DNA of 64,000 nucleotides from the human T2T-CHM13v2.0 reference genome, Homo sapiens (GCF_009914755.1 NC_060930.1), one strand, 5' to 3'; shown: positions 13,701 to 26,721, counted from the stretch's first letter. Translations and numbers: made by a program. Notes: a model not told the origin generated them from the sequence alone.

Positions 13701-15904
13701 TTGAGATTAATTAGAACCCAAGCTGTTGTTATTTTGGGGGAAAATGCTACTTTTATTCTGTTTTGGTTGCCTACTCTGGGAGAACTTCAGGCATTTTGGC
13801 AAGAGGAGCTGAGCTATCTGCAGCTGTTCAAATACTTTAAGCCTTTGGGTTCATTGTGGATTTTGCTTTAACCCTCTCCCCCGACTTAAAAAAAAAACAG
13901 CAGCCAACTGCATTGCCTGTTTTTTTTATTTCTGTTGTTTGGTAAGCAGCAGTTATACTTTTGTAACCAGAGGCTGTATTTATTTTCTGTGTTGGCAGTT
14001 CTGCCTAATGAATCAACTGGTATTGAATTCACAAAGGGAGATGCCCGTTCCCTCCCTCCATCTGTTTGCCAAATGTGTGTGTTCCGTCAGCTCTCAGTAG
14101 TGGTTTCACTAAAAAGAGCCATTAGCAAGAGGTGTTCACCTTGAATTCTTAGTCCTCCGCCTGACTGAGAAATAGTGGTATTTTCCTCTTGTGATTCCGT
14201 AGGGGTTGTGTGAGGTGAAGACCCACACCTGTAATTCCAGAGAAAGCATATTTGTTGTTTAAGTATAACGTCTGGCTCTACATTACCGATGGCTTTAGTT
14301 TGGTTCTTGAGCCTTGGTTTGCTCCATCATGATGGGATGTCTGTCTCTGGACAGTACTGTTGTCGTGGGGATTGAAATTCCCTGAAAGAGAAGACAAGAG
14401 ATCAATGAACCCTAGTAGGTTCTCTCAGACTGGGAGCCCATGATGCCTTACTGGAATTGCATTACCTCCTCAGCAAATCCTTCCATATTTGTTGGTGATA
14501 GGGAGGAAATTCTTTTTGAGACTCTGCATTTCTGTAAAGCTCTGAGCCTAATGATGAATAGTAAGAATTTAGGTCAAACAACTTCAGTACCCGGCTCCAT
14601 GGTCTTTTGAGCAATTTGTAGTATCACTACCATCAAACCGAAAGGGTGGAATGGTTTTGTTGGTGTTCAGTAGTGGACCATGAAGTAGAAGTATTTGTCT
14701 CTGCATTGGAGTCAAGAATCTGGGTAGAGGAGCCCGACAACTTTCCATCTCTTTCCAAGACAGATCTTCACATTGTAGTTACATTATTTTGTTTGAGATC
14801 TTGGAATTTCCAGGATACATACCCAATTGCTAATATTTCCGGGATACGTACCCAACTGCAAATACACACTTTAAATATTTTTCAAAGGTAAGTATGAGTT
14901 ATTTGGGGTTTTTGTTACCTGTGTATATATAACAGTGATGATATTCTTTTCCCAGTGACATGCCCCAGTTTTTGATATATTACGTAGGCTTGAAAAATAA
15001 TTTCTCTTGAATTTGATTTTATGAATGTTGTAATATCACTCTCTTAGGTACTATGCTGGTTCATTTAGTTTACTAAATAGTTTTATAAGAACTAGGTGTC
15101 ATTTAAGAAGTCTTTGGAGCACTATTAAATGTTATGAATCTACCCTGACCTAGATAAGGGGCAGTTAACTCTTTTTAAATGTAAGGCCACTGACCCACCA
15201 AAGTCATGAACTGTTTACCTAAGAAACTTAATTGAAGCATTCCATTTATGTTTTAACCTCAATTTATTACCCCAAAACTTCCATCTAACATATGAATTAG
15301 TTTTGAAATTTACAGAAAAAGAGAAAGTATAAAACTTGCTTTTAAAGTGAAGAACATGAGGAAAACAATTTAATACATATAGAAAATAATAATACTGGTT
15401 AATGAGAGGAAGCTGAGAAGAGGAACACAGAGTCTAAGTGGCAAGAGACACTTGCCTGAGGGGAGTGGGGAATCCAGATACACATGAAGAGAAGAAAGGG
15501 TAGATCTGCACTGAGGAAAGTTCGACTCAAGGTAGAAGAGGAGGGAGGCTCTGTAGATTGTGGGATGATGTTATTCAGAGTTAAACTTGTTTCTGCAATC
15601 TTTGGAAATATGACGAGACTTTTAAGGTGTAGTGACTCCCACAGCACTACTTCTGCTGTTGGAGGATTCGTTCTGAATGATAATCTACATCTGTTTAACA
15701 GATATGGGTTTATTCTGGAGCCTGCATTGATCTGGCCACATCAAGCCAAGACCGAAGGGTTCATGACAGTCACATTTTATATCTAGGTTTTAATTTGTAG
15801 TTTCAGTTCTGTTTGAAATAGGCAAAGCAAAGATTTCATTTGTGTTTTTACAATGTAGTTGCTCAAATGAAATTTATTATTAAAAAATTTTTATAAAAAA
15901 CTTT

Positions 15905-16013
15905 TGTATAGAGATGAGGTCTCGCTATGTTGCCAAGCTGGTCTCAAACTCCTGGGCTCCCACCTCAGGCTCCCAAAGTGTTGGGATTATAGATGTGAGG
16001 CACCACACCTGGC
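15905..16013 (-). mobile_element. Alu monomer (FLAM-like), antisense
   Basis: gagatgaggtctcgctatgttgcc ... caccacacctggct. Confidence 0.8.
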
Positions 16014-16034
16014 TAAAATTTATTATTAATATTT

Positions 16035-16326
16035 TTTATTTTTTTGAGACAGTGTCTCACTCTGTCACCCAGGCTACAGTGCAGTGAAACGATCTCGGCT
16101 CACTGCAACCTCCACCTCCCAGCTTCAAGCAATTCTCATGCCTCACCCTCCTGAGTAGCTAGGACTACAGGCACCCACCACCATACCTGGCTAATTTTTG
16201 TATTTTTAGTAGCGATGGGATTTCATCATATTGGCCAGGCTTGTCTCAATCTCCTGACCTCAAGTGATCCACCTGCCTCGGCCTCCCAAAGTGCTGGGAT
16301 TACAGGAAGAGCCACTGCCCCTGGCC
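16035..16326 (-). mobile_element. Alu (AluS-like), antisense
   Basis: Complete dimer ending ccactgcccctggcc, about 180 nt upstream of the 16509 exon. Confidence 0.92.
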
Positions 16327-16508
16327 AATGTTTCAAATGTTAAGTAACAATTGGGCATTGGGTTTCTGAATGGTTGATAATGAGGATAATTTTGCGTGTA
16401 TTTTTAAAAATTTGAAAAAAATCATTTCTACTTGGGTATTTCGTTTTTGGCCTATATGAAGTTTTTTGATTTTTTGTTTATTTTTAAAATTTTACCTTTT
16501 TTTTCCAG

Positions 16509-16570
16509 CCATCAAACACAGACCACCTGTTGGGACCATCCTAAAATGACCGAACTCTTTCAATCCCTTG
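16509..16570 (+). CDS. UTRN: Utrophin coding exon (DMD exon 63 equivalent), second half of WW: (N)[20 protein letters not shown](A)
   Basis: ttttccAG acceptor, GTAAGT donor at 16571; 62 nt; frame continuous with the previous exon. Confidence 0.97.
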
Positions 16571-16603
16571 GTAAGTGTTATTAATAGTAATAAATTAACC
16601 TAA

Positions 16604-16948
<345 letters not shown>

Positions 16949-18049
16949 TAATCACCAGCCTTTCTTACATGGCATATTAATGTTAAAAGAATCATGTCAT
17001 TGACATTTAAAAGTAGTTAAATTTCTAAGGGCAATGCAGTAAACAGGTATTGCCTTTCTTAGGAGAATTGTGTGGTTTGAAATCATGTGAGCCAAAAAGA
17101 GTTGATTTACAGGGAGGAATGTAATTGTAGTTTTTACCTCCTTCGTATTGAGTCATCTTAACCTTCAGCTTTGCACGCAAAAAATATATATAGATATACA
17201 ATTACAATATAGACAACTTTAATCCACTGCCTTAAATTTGCTTTTGGCTCACTTTTTATTTAGTACGTGCCATCAAATTAGCTCACCTAGTTTAAATTTG
17301 TCTAAATTGTTAAAAGCTAAATTCATTTTTATATAAAAATGCAAGAAAACACAGACGAGAATTCCGGTTTTGTTTTAATTTCTAGTGCAATGTGGCTTTC
17401 AACTTATTGTTTAACCTACTTCCTCTGGTTGGTCCAGCGGTTTTTTTAAGTTTTCTCTTTGGGTAGCTAAGGAGATGCTGGAGGGAAAAACAGCACCCGA
17501 AGCCTCCCTCTCCCATTTCAATAAAAAGGATGCCCCCTTTTTTAATCTCTTTAAATGTTGGGCTTCTGTGTGAGTGTTTTTTTTTTTGGTGGGTGAAGGG
17601 GCCTGCAAAAGTTGGACAAACAAAAGACATAGAACTGGTTTGCTTAGTTTGTAAAATGAGGGGGCAAATTTTGATGATATCTGAGTTTTCTTTTAACTCT
17701 ACTAATCTCTGATACTCTGTCTTTAGGGGACAAAGAAAGAAATTACAATATCTATTGTTTCCAAAGAGTTGAGTATTGGTTGTAGGATCATTTGAACCAG
17801 ATCTGCAAAAGGGCAGGAAAACCAAATCAATCAGGATGGGAGGAGCATAGAAATAAGATGAGCTCCATGAATAGTGAGCTGGACAGTGTGGTTGGAAGAA
17901 AATGAAGTGTCCTTGGGGAAGATGCCCCTGGAGGAAAATCTCCTTTATTGGGAAAAAAAGGAAGGGCCCTCTGCCTACTGTGCAGTGCATTTAATAAGCC
18001 ATGTGACAGCTGTGCTTTCTCTTCATCACCTTCCTCTTTTTCCTACCAA

Positions 18050-18647
18050 AGGGCTGAAAGGGGTGGTACCTTTTCTCACCCATCATAAGGGTCATGGTGA
18101 CCCTCCTATAACAAAAGACAGGTCAACCAGAAAAGCACAAGAAATTTACTTAATCAAAGTTTTACCTGACATGAGAACCTTCAGAAGACTCAAAGAAAAC
18201 AGGGAAAAGTGTCTGTTTTTACACTTAGATTGAGTGAGGAATGGATGACTGCATTGAATTGTGATTGGATGAAAGGGTATAATTTAATGATAATAGACTG
18301 AGAAGGGAATTCCAGCAAGGCCTATCTATTCAGATTCTTCTTGGCTTCTCCCTGCAGCATATTCCTTTCCTCTAGGGACAGGATACCTGTCACAGGAGAA
18401 TCTTCAGGAGAGAAGGGAGAAGGTGACAGTGAACTTGCTAGATTTTATGGCTTGCTTTGGGGAAGAGAAGTTCTAGTTTTCATGACCCACCTTGGGGAAG
18501 GGGAATTCTGGTTTCTATTTATCACTTTGGAAGGAGAAAGAGGGTCAGGAGACAAGAGACCCAGAGGTCAGAGAGACCTTACTACTGAGGCCTTCCAGTC
18601 TCCTTCATTTCAAAGTACTCAACCCACCATGTTCTGAGCCCTGACAC
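18050..18647. mobile_element. ERV1-class solo LTR (related to the element at 54415-54900)
   Basis: Shares cctataacaaaagacag, gcaaggcct...ttcagattctt and aggtcagagaga motifs with 54415-54900; ends tgaca. Confidence 0.55.
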
Positions 18648-18886
18648 CTGTTGAAAATACTTTCTTAGAATTTTCTCTGTAGCACTGCTTTGAGATGTAT
18701 CTCAACATGGTGCTAATGATCATTTAACTTTTTTCTTAAATACGTGTTGGGGAATTTGGGAGAAGACTTTTTATTTCAGGCAAACATAATATTTTTTCAT
18801 CATCCAAAGTAACCAAATACATTCTGGGCATTCAATATATATTCAATAATAAGCCTATCTTCAAATTGTTTCTTTTTCTATTTCAG

Positions 18887-18961
18887 CTGACCTGAATAAT
18901 GTACGTTTTTCTGCCTACCGTACAGCAATCAAAATCCGAAGACTACAAAAAGCACTATGTT
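18887..18961 (+). CDS. UTRN: Utrophin coding exon (DMD exon 64 equivalent): (A)[24 protein letters not shown](L)
   Basis: tttcAG acceptor, GTGAGT donor at 18962; 75 nt; conserved RFSAYRTA motif. Confidence 0.97.
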
Positions 18962-21356
18962 GTGAGTTATTCTACCAAAGTTAATCAATCTGTTACTTGA
19001 ATTGCGTTTTTTTTTTTTTCCAAGAGGAAGATAAATGAAGAGGATGGAGTGTTTGCCAAGTTAATCTGGTCTTCAGTGTACCTCACTCAAGGAGTTGGTT
19101 TTGTTTCTATAAATGTTTTATTACTTGCCCCATCAGTGTGCAGTACTGAACACATGCCATTCTTACTTGGAGAACAAAATTAACCAAAACACAGGAGTAA
19201 TGTAAAAAGCTTTTTCAAAAATTGTGCTGCCACCCAATTTAAAAGGATTAAATCAAAGAAAGTATTAAGTCATGTGTTTTCAGTACCTTTTGCCCATTTG
19301 GCAATGTAGAGTTCCAGTTTGTCTCAATACCACTATATATAAAGAAACACTAAAAAATCACATTCCTGATCTAAATTTGAACTGGCACCTTAACAAGTGA
19401 GATAAAAGGCTCTATTTTCTTTTAAATATATCTTGAGACATTTAGTATTATCAATGCATTTTTCCTGTGGAGGATGTGTTCAGAGTGGAATTCTGTGGCA
19501 GTCCTTTCATCAAAAGGATATTTCCTCCCGCAAAATAACCTAAAATTAAGTAGCAGTGTGAATACTTAGCATATAGATTTATGCTATCTGGATTCTATTT
19601 GTGGTTGTAGTTCTAATGATTGAGTCTACCCTAGGCCTTGTCAGATAGTTGATGTGGAAAGTGATATTTACCTGTTCTTTTAAGATAGGGTAAATTGAAA
19701 AGTTTCAAGTATTCTTCTTTGCTACCTTTTGTTAACTGTTAATATACGTCTAGGCAGTTCAGTGATGCTTTGAAAATTATGCTTTGAAAAATGATATGTT
19801 AGGGTTGAAAAATCTGCTCCTTGAAAGTCAATAGAAGTTAGCAATAAATTTTAAGCTGGCTGCACGAAGAATTGAGGAAAGAGAGGTATAATGTCATTGA
19901 GAAAAAATAGCAATGCAAAGCTTGAAAATAGGAAAAGCTTAAGCTATGTATGGAAGAGAAGTCTACAGGGCTGAAAGACACCTCCAGATGAGGCAATGCA
20001 AGGAAGAATGAGATGACCTTGACTTTTGCATAATCCACAGAGCCTCAAAGATAATTAGCAGGTGGTAGTAGTTGCAGCAAGTGTTGCAGAATTACCCGGA
20101 CAAAGAAAAGAAAGCCACCACGCTCTGGCTACTGATCAGTATGTTGAGCGAAAAGAGAATAGGAAGTAAATTACGAACACACAAAAGGGATGTTTGGTCT
20201 GCGCAGGAGTCCATGGTGACAGCAGTTTTGAAAGAGGCTCAGCTGCACATCCAGGATCCAGTTGATGGGTCTGGAAGTTCTTCTCAGGCCTGATGAGCTA
20301 TAAAATGAGGACAAATGACTCAGCCACAAAATTTCCATTGACAGAAGACTGCTTTTTGTCATTATGAACATGGTCCCAGTTTTCGACAACACTTATGGGT
20401 GGATAAGCATATTAACACATTTGGTGTTTTCTTCTCTTGGTTCTTTGGATTCCTGAAGAAAAAAACCCCCTCCTCAGCTCTTCCCCTCAAACCTGAGAGG
20501 AACAGAAGGGACGCTTCTCCAACTTCTAAACTAAACGAGATTGGTAATGACAATTAAACAACTAAATGACAGTTAGAAAAGGGCTAGATTGTATTGGATT
20601 TCAAGTATATGAGGTGCTTTTTTCAGAGCCAACTGACCTTCACTTTTCCTACAGCCTTCTCCCACTGCCCTCCAGCCAAGGCCTCTGGGCCACTCCTGGA
20701 GCTCATCAGTTTATTATTAATCTGCTTCTTCCTCTCCCTTCCTTTCAGTTTACTAGAAATACCCTGACCCTTTCTCTGCACTGGCTTGTAACCCTTTTTT
20801 CCTCCCAAATACTGTTAAAGATTTACCTCTTTTGGAAACATTTACAAGCTAATCCTACCCGTCTCCACATTTTTTCCCAGTAGTTTATGATTGCCTGTAA
20901 TAGCAGGTTCTCTCACCTTAGTGACAAGTGCTTGCCTTTGTGTGCTCGAATAATGTTTGGTGGATTGCCCCATCTCCACTGTGAACTACTTTAGGTCATG
21001 GCTGTCTCTCATTATGTGCAAATCCCCACCCAGCATAAGGCAGAGGGCAGTGTCATTGTTCATTCATTTGTTGGGCTCCAAGATTGTGCAGGAGATAAAA
21101 CACTATAAAGAGACTTGATTCTCACACTGAAGGAACTCATATTTCGAGAACGTTGCACATGGACCCAATGCCCTGCTTACAAAAGATTCCTGCTGCCCTC
21201 AGAATGGAATGGTCTTTGCCTGGCTCACCTCTCTGTCCACCTCCTTCCCTCTGCTCCACCGGGGCATCACCATTTCATCATCCACTTAGTGATAGAAATG
21301 GCAAACTCTGTATTCCATTCCTCCTGCCTAAAAAGCACTTGTCTTAGCTCTTTGTA

Positions 21357-21459
21357 TAGGTTGATGCAAAAATAATTGCAGTTTTTGCCGTTAAAAGTAA
21401 GTTAGGGTATTTCATTAAAAGTAATGGCAAAAACCTCAATTACTTTTGCACCAACTTAA
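21357..21459. mobile_element. MADE1 (Hsmar1-derived MITE) with an internal insertion
   Basis: TIRs taggttgatgcaaaaataattgcagtttttgcc / ggcaaaaacctcaattacttttgcaccaacttaa. Confidence 0.9.
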
Positions 21460-23957
21460 TCCTTCTGTTCTTCCCTTGGCTGGGACACTCATTCCTGTAG
21501 GTCTCAATGTTGTCGATCACCTCTCTTTTAATGAGGTTTTCTATGGCTCCTCATAGAACTGTTCTTTTCCTTACATGACACTTCTGGTGCTTGGTTTAGG
21601 CACTAAGGCAGAGTGTCAATGGTAATTTTTAATATTCTGTTTATTAGTTATTGTTTGCTTCTCCATCATGGGAGGGATGAGTCTGTGTTCGTCTCTACTT
21701 AGGACCTCATACAATTTCTGGCACAGAGCAGGGGTTGCTTAGGACACACTGAGTGAATGATTTGAGTTTGAAGGTTATATAGCAGTACTCCAGAAGATGT
21801 GTCCAAGGAGATTTATAGCAGTACTTTTCATAGTAAAACTCATTCAGTTTTGGCATATTTATAAATATAATACAGCAACAAAAATCAATGAGCTAGTAAT
21901 CAGCATCAACATGATTTAATCTTAGAACTATAAAATTAAATGAAAAAATTAAATGGCAGAAAAAAAATGTGTACCACTCTGTTCCATTTATATGTAGTTC
22001 AAACCCATGCAAAACTAATGCTATATACACTTTTAAAAACTGAAAGTGAAATACAAAGGTTAATGGTTACCCCATAATTGTAAGAGGATGTAATTAGGCA
22101 GGATTCAAGGAGCTTCCAAGATAGTGGTAACATTCTGTTTTTTTCAGCTGTGTGATGGACTAATGGGTATTTGTTCTATTATTTTCTTTTAGACCACACA
22201 TATGTATTTTCTGTTTTCCTTTGTATTTTGATTTTGAAACTTTATGTGATAGGTAATAGCAGAAAAGCAAAAGGGAAGTATGTTCCGAGGAGGGGGAGAG
22301 TCCTCTCATTATGAAGAAGAAGGCAGGCTTCCTTGATTAGTGGGCATATGAGCCAGGCTATAAAAGGCACCTGGGATTTAGGCATGGGGCAGTTAATTGG
22401 GGATAAGAAGGGAAGGAGTTATCTGTGTGAGAATTAAGGTGTAGATGGTGTTCAAGGAACATTAAGTTATAGAGTCTGAATGGAATAGCTTAGCTATTTT
22501 GTCCAATATCCAGAAATTTCCTTAAAGTTAATTTAGGTCAATTTGAACGTCATATTTTTCCTGAAATTCCTTTCGGTTTTTTTCCTCAAGTTCTTATTGT
22601 GTTGTATTTCATGTTTGGATATTTTTCGTTATAGAATGGGGAGCCATGAGGCATTTTCTGTATTGTGGGAGTTTAGAGATAGGGCCAGAAGTGGAAGTAT
22701 GCTTTAGGGAATATCTAAGAAAGACCAAAGGGCAGAGAACAGAGAATGGGTAAATAGTTCAGGTGAAGGATGATCAAAGCTGAGCTGGCTGGGAGTTGTA
22801 GGAGGGGAGATCAGGGTCTGGATTTTTAAGGCTGCCTGAGGAAGAACTGATGACTCGGGGTATTGGGTAGTTGGTAAATTGTGGCAGGTAGAAGAAGGAA
22901 GGATGTTAGGATATTTCACGGTTTGCAGACTGGATTTCATCATGACAAGAAGGCCGGGCCTTTATGGGGAGAGGTTCCTGAAAGAGAATTATATAGCTCT
23001 TGTAGGGATCAGAGCAATGGGACATGGGTCAAGTGTTGAGGCAGGAGATCAGCAGGAGAAAAGAGAATCTGGAGCCATCCAAAGAGAAGCAATAATAGAA
23101 GTAAGAGGAGTGAGTGAGGGCCTCAGGCTCACAGAATGAAATGCCAGATGTGAAACCTTGAGCTCTGCCTATATTTCTGGGGAAGAGAAGATAGGGGAAA
23201 TGCTAATAATAATAATAATAATAATAATAAAATAAAAAAATAAAGAATGGCCACATAGCTTGACACCTGGAGAAGTGTCACTGAAGCCCAAGATTGGATG
23301 CTTAACAGTGTTCATTGTTTTGCAGAACAGGAGAATGATGATGCATTTCTATTCCATCCCCTGTGCCTTGTATGTGGGATTAAAGAAAAAGTCAGAAAGT
23401 TGGATAGAAAATGATTATGCTGTTTGTTTCATTTACCACATGACTGAGCTGTCATTTGTCTCCCTTTGAAATGAGAAAATCTTAATCATAATTTTCTGTG
23501 ATTTAAATGTAGTCAGTTCTTTAAAGGTACCTAAATGTGACACACTTCAGGAAGATTTACGCTTGACTTAGGCACTAAGACAAAGTGTCAGAGTAAATCA
23601 CTAAAAATTGAAGACATGATAGTCTGTGGGATGTGGCAAATTAGTGTCACAGCTACAGAGTGTATAACCAGGGAGACTTCAGAAAGAAATGCAAGGACAG
23701 CCTGATGCAGGAAATGGGCTTTTTGGAATTTGGTCTGTTGTCACCTGATGCCATGTGGGGATCCAATAGCAGTGCTGTGTTACTGGCATAATTAATGTTG
23801 GAATTCAGAAAACTTACAGCCTTTTGGCCATATTTGAATATGTTCCTTGGTGTCTGTGGGGAGCTGTAGTTCCCTAGCTACTGCCCTTTATTAAACACTT
23901 TCCTTTGTCAGGCACTTTGCTTCTGCCCTCTAGAGGTTTACAATTGAAAACTGTGTA

Positions 23958-24345
23958 CAGTTGACCCTTGACACCCAAAACTTAACATGTTAACAGTCAA
24001 TTAACACATATTTGATATGCTATGTATTATATACTCTTATTCTACAACAAAGTAAGCTAGAGAAAAGAAAATTTTAAGAAAATAGTAAAAGACAAAATAT
24101 ATTTAATATTCACTAATTGGAAGTGATCATCATCAAGGGTCTTCATCCTTGTTGACTTCATGTTGATTAATCTGAGGGGGAGGAAGAAGAGGAGCAGTTG
24201 GTGTTGCTGTCTCAGGGGTAACAGAGGCAGAAAGGGTAGAGGAGAAAAGAGAGGCAGGCACGTTCAGTGCTTAACTTTAATTGAAAAAACTCCACGTGTA
24301 GGTGGACCCTCACAGTTCAAACTGGCGCTGTTCAAGCGTCAACTG
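23958..24345. mobile_element. Tigger2a/MER8-like non-autonomous DNA transposon
   Basis: TA|cagttgacccttga ... ttcaagcgtcaactg|TA terminal inverted repeats with TA target duplication. Confidence 0.85.
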
Positions 24346-26519
24346 TACAGGGCAAAGAAATGAGGTAAGAATTACAGTGAAAATTCCAGATGGTTCTTAG
24401 TTTTTTTCTGACACCTTCTCTAACTCATATGAAGCTTATTTGACTTATTTTTGTTATTAGCTTAAGTTTACCAATGATACATTTGGCATCTGAAGGAAAT
24501 GGATTGGTTCGTTATCCAGACTTGTATGTTTTATGTTTATCTCTTTAAAAAAAAAAAAAGTCTTCCCTGTTGAGTTGTTTTTGAAATCATTTTACTCTGT
24601 ATGGGTTTAAAGCAGTTCTTTTAATTTGTAGATAACTTAAAAAATAAATAATTCTGTGTTACTCAGACAGCTAGCATGGACACATTTCATACATGTCTTT
24701 AAAAATTCAAAATTATTAGTTATTCAGTGGTTACAAATGGATAAATACAAAGGAAGCTATTTGTTCATTTTAGTTAACTGTCAAAATATGTCATATTTTT
24801 TGAGAGAACAGTTTTTGCATCAGGCAAAGAGAAAGAAGTTGGTTTTATATGTATATAACCTTATTTTTTCTCTTTGCCTCTTATTTTTCATGCTAAAAGT
24901 TAAATATATAACATATGTGTATATATAACCAACTATTTTCTCTTTGCCTCTTATTTTTTTAATGCCAAAAAGTTAAAAAATAAGAAAAAATAAGATTAGA
25001 GTTCTTCTAGTCTAATTTTTTTATGCTAAAAGGTTAAATACAGAGACAGAGAAAGAATTTTATAAAAACTGATGTCTATGAGCAGACCTTAAATTAATGT
25101 GGACTCTAATTTTCCTTACTCAGATGTTTAGATTTAGAAGAGTCATCTCCACACTCAATAAATGTATAGATAGATACATGGTAGTTTGATAATCTGCTTT
25201 GTCTCTTTGTTTTCAGTTAGTGAATGAAAGACTTAAAATTGATTAAATTAAAAAAAAATTTGTCGTTTTCATCTAAACTCCTCCTTCGGGCCTTTGCGGG
25301 CCTCCCCTTGGGCAGTGTGTGCCTGGACCATGCATTTCTCCTGTCTGTTTCACTGCCGGCAAACACCACTCGTGTGTAAGTCACGCATCACCCACACTGC
25401 AGTCCACCATTCCTTAGAGCCTCTGGGCTTGAGTGAATTCTTGCCTTTTCTCAAGTACTTCTCTAAACCTGGAATTCTTTCCTCACTTCATGTGGATCTC
25501 TTGTATTTTATCCATTTTTCAAAGCCCATTTCAAATCGCACCTCTCCAGGGAGCCTTTTCCAGTTGTCTTTCCTCTCCTAGAAGTAGTAGCTCTAGCAGA
25601 AATTTGCGTATTCCTCTCATAGGGCATGTTTACTCCTCCTTTTAGTAAAGCCATCAGTATGTCTTTGAGAGCAGGGGCTCTGCCTTCACCTCCTGTGCAC
25701 ACCCTCCTGGCTCTAGCCCCAGCCATGCCTACCATAGATGTTGTACACATGAAGAGTAAGGATGGGAACAAATTTGTGAAGACCAATGGATGTGGGGGCT
25801 GTCTAGTACTTCTTCTTAGCTACAGGTCACCTCTGTGTCTAGAGTACTGACTGCTCTAGTACTTCTTCTTAGCTACAGGTCACCTCTGTGTCAGAGCATC
25901 ATCGGAAGTAAACCAGGTTAGGGCCAGTTTGTGACAATCTTATAGATCGGGCTTGATTCAGCAGGCAGTGGAGAGCTGTTATTTTTCTATAAAACCTGTT
26001 TTTTAATATGGAGCATCTTCAGTAAATTTTGTATGTAATGATGTACATGATAAAAGACTGTTTAAGAACAATTAGTTTGGCTGTGATACAAAGAATGAAG
26101 AGAGCAGTGCACAGGCTGCTTGCAGGAGTTAAGATGAGGAGAGCAGTGTAATATTTGAGATGCGCTGCCATTTGGAGTAGATTGAGAGATTTATGCCTTG
26201 CTACATTTAAAAGCAAAAAGAGCCTGGCAAAGGGAAAGCCAGAAAAAGAAAGTAGGAATAATTAATATTCCAAAGAGCAAAAAATGAGATAAGATTGGGA
26301 AGCAACAGAGTTCAGATTCAAAAGTATGAAAGTGTGGTAAAATGTAAGAATAGAAATGTGTTTGTTTCTTTAAAAGCTGAAATTTAGCTAAAAAGGATAG
26401 ATTCTTAAATTGAAGAATCAAGCTAAATACTTGAGACTAGAAATGCCTTTGTTGTGATGTTGTTATGTAATGTAATGTAATGTAATGACTGTAAACATTC
26501 CTTCTTCTCTCCTGGTTAG

Positions 26520-26721
26520 TGGATCTCTTAGAGTTGAGTACAACAAATGAAATTTTCAAACAGCACAAGTTGAACCAAAATGACCAGCTCCTCAGTGTTC
26601 CAGATGTCATCAACTGTCTGACAACAACTTATGATGGACTTGAGCAAATGCATAAGGACCTGGTCAACGTTCCACTCTGTGTTGATATGTGTCTCAATTG
26701 GTTGCTCAATGTCTATGACAC
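26520..26721 (+). CDS. UTRN: Utrophin coding exon (DMD exon 65 equivalent), EF-hand region: (L)[66 protein letters not shown](T)
   Basis: ttAG acceptor, GTAAGT donor at 26722; 202 nt; corresponds to ORF 26519..26725; [17 protein letters not shown] family signature. Confidence 0.98.

Noticed and set aside
17382-17990. Longest ORF in the track (202 aa, minus strand)
   Set aside because: No recognisable domain, runs through homopolymer tracts, no splice or promoter support; treated as a chance intronic antisense ORF.
20316-20322. AP-1 (TGACTCA/TGAGTCA) sites here and at several other positions
   Set aside because: The number seen is about what a 7-mer gives by chance in 64 kb, with no clustering.
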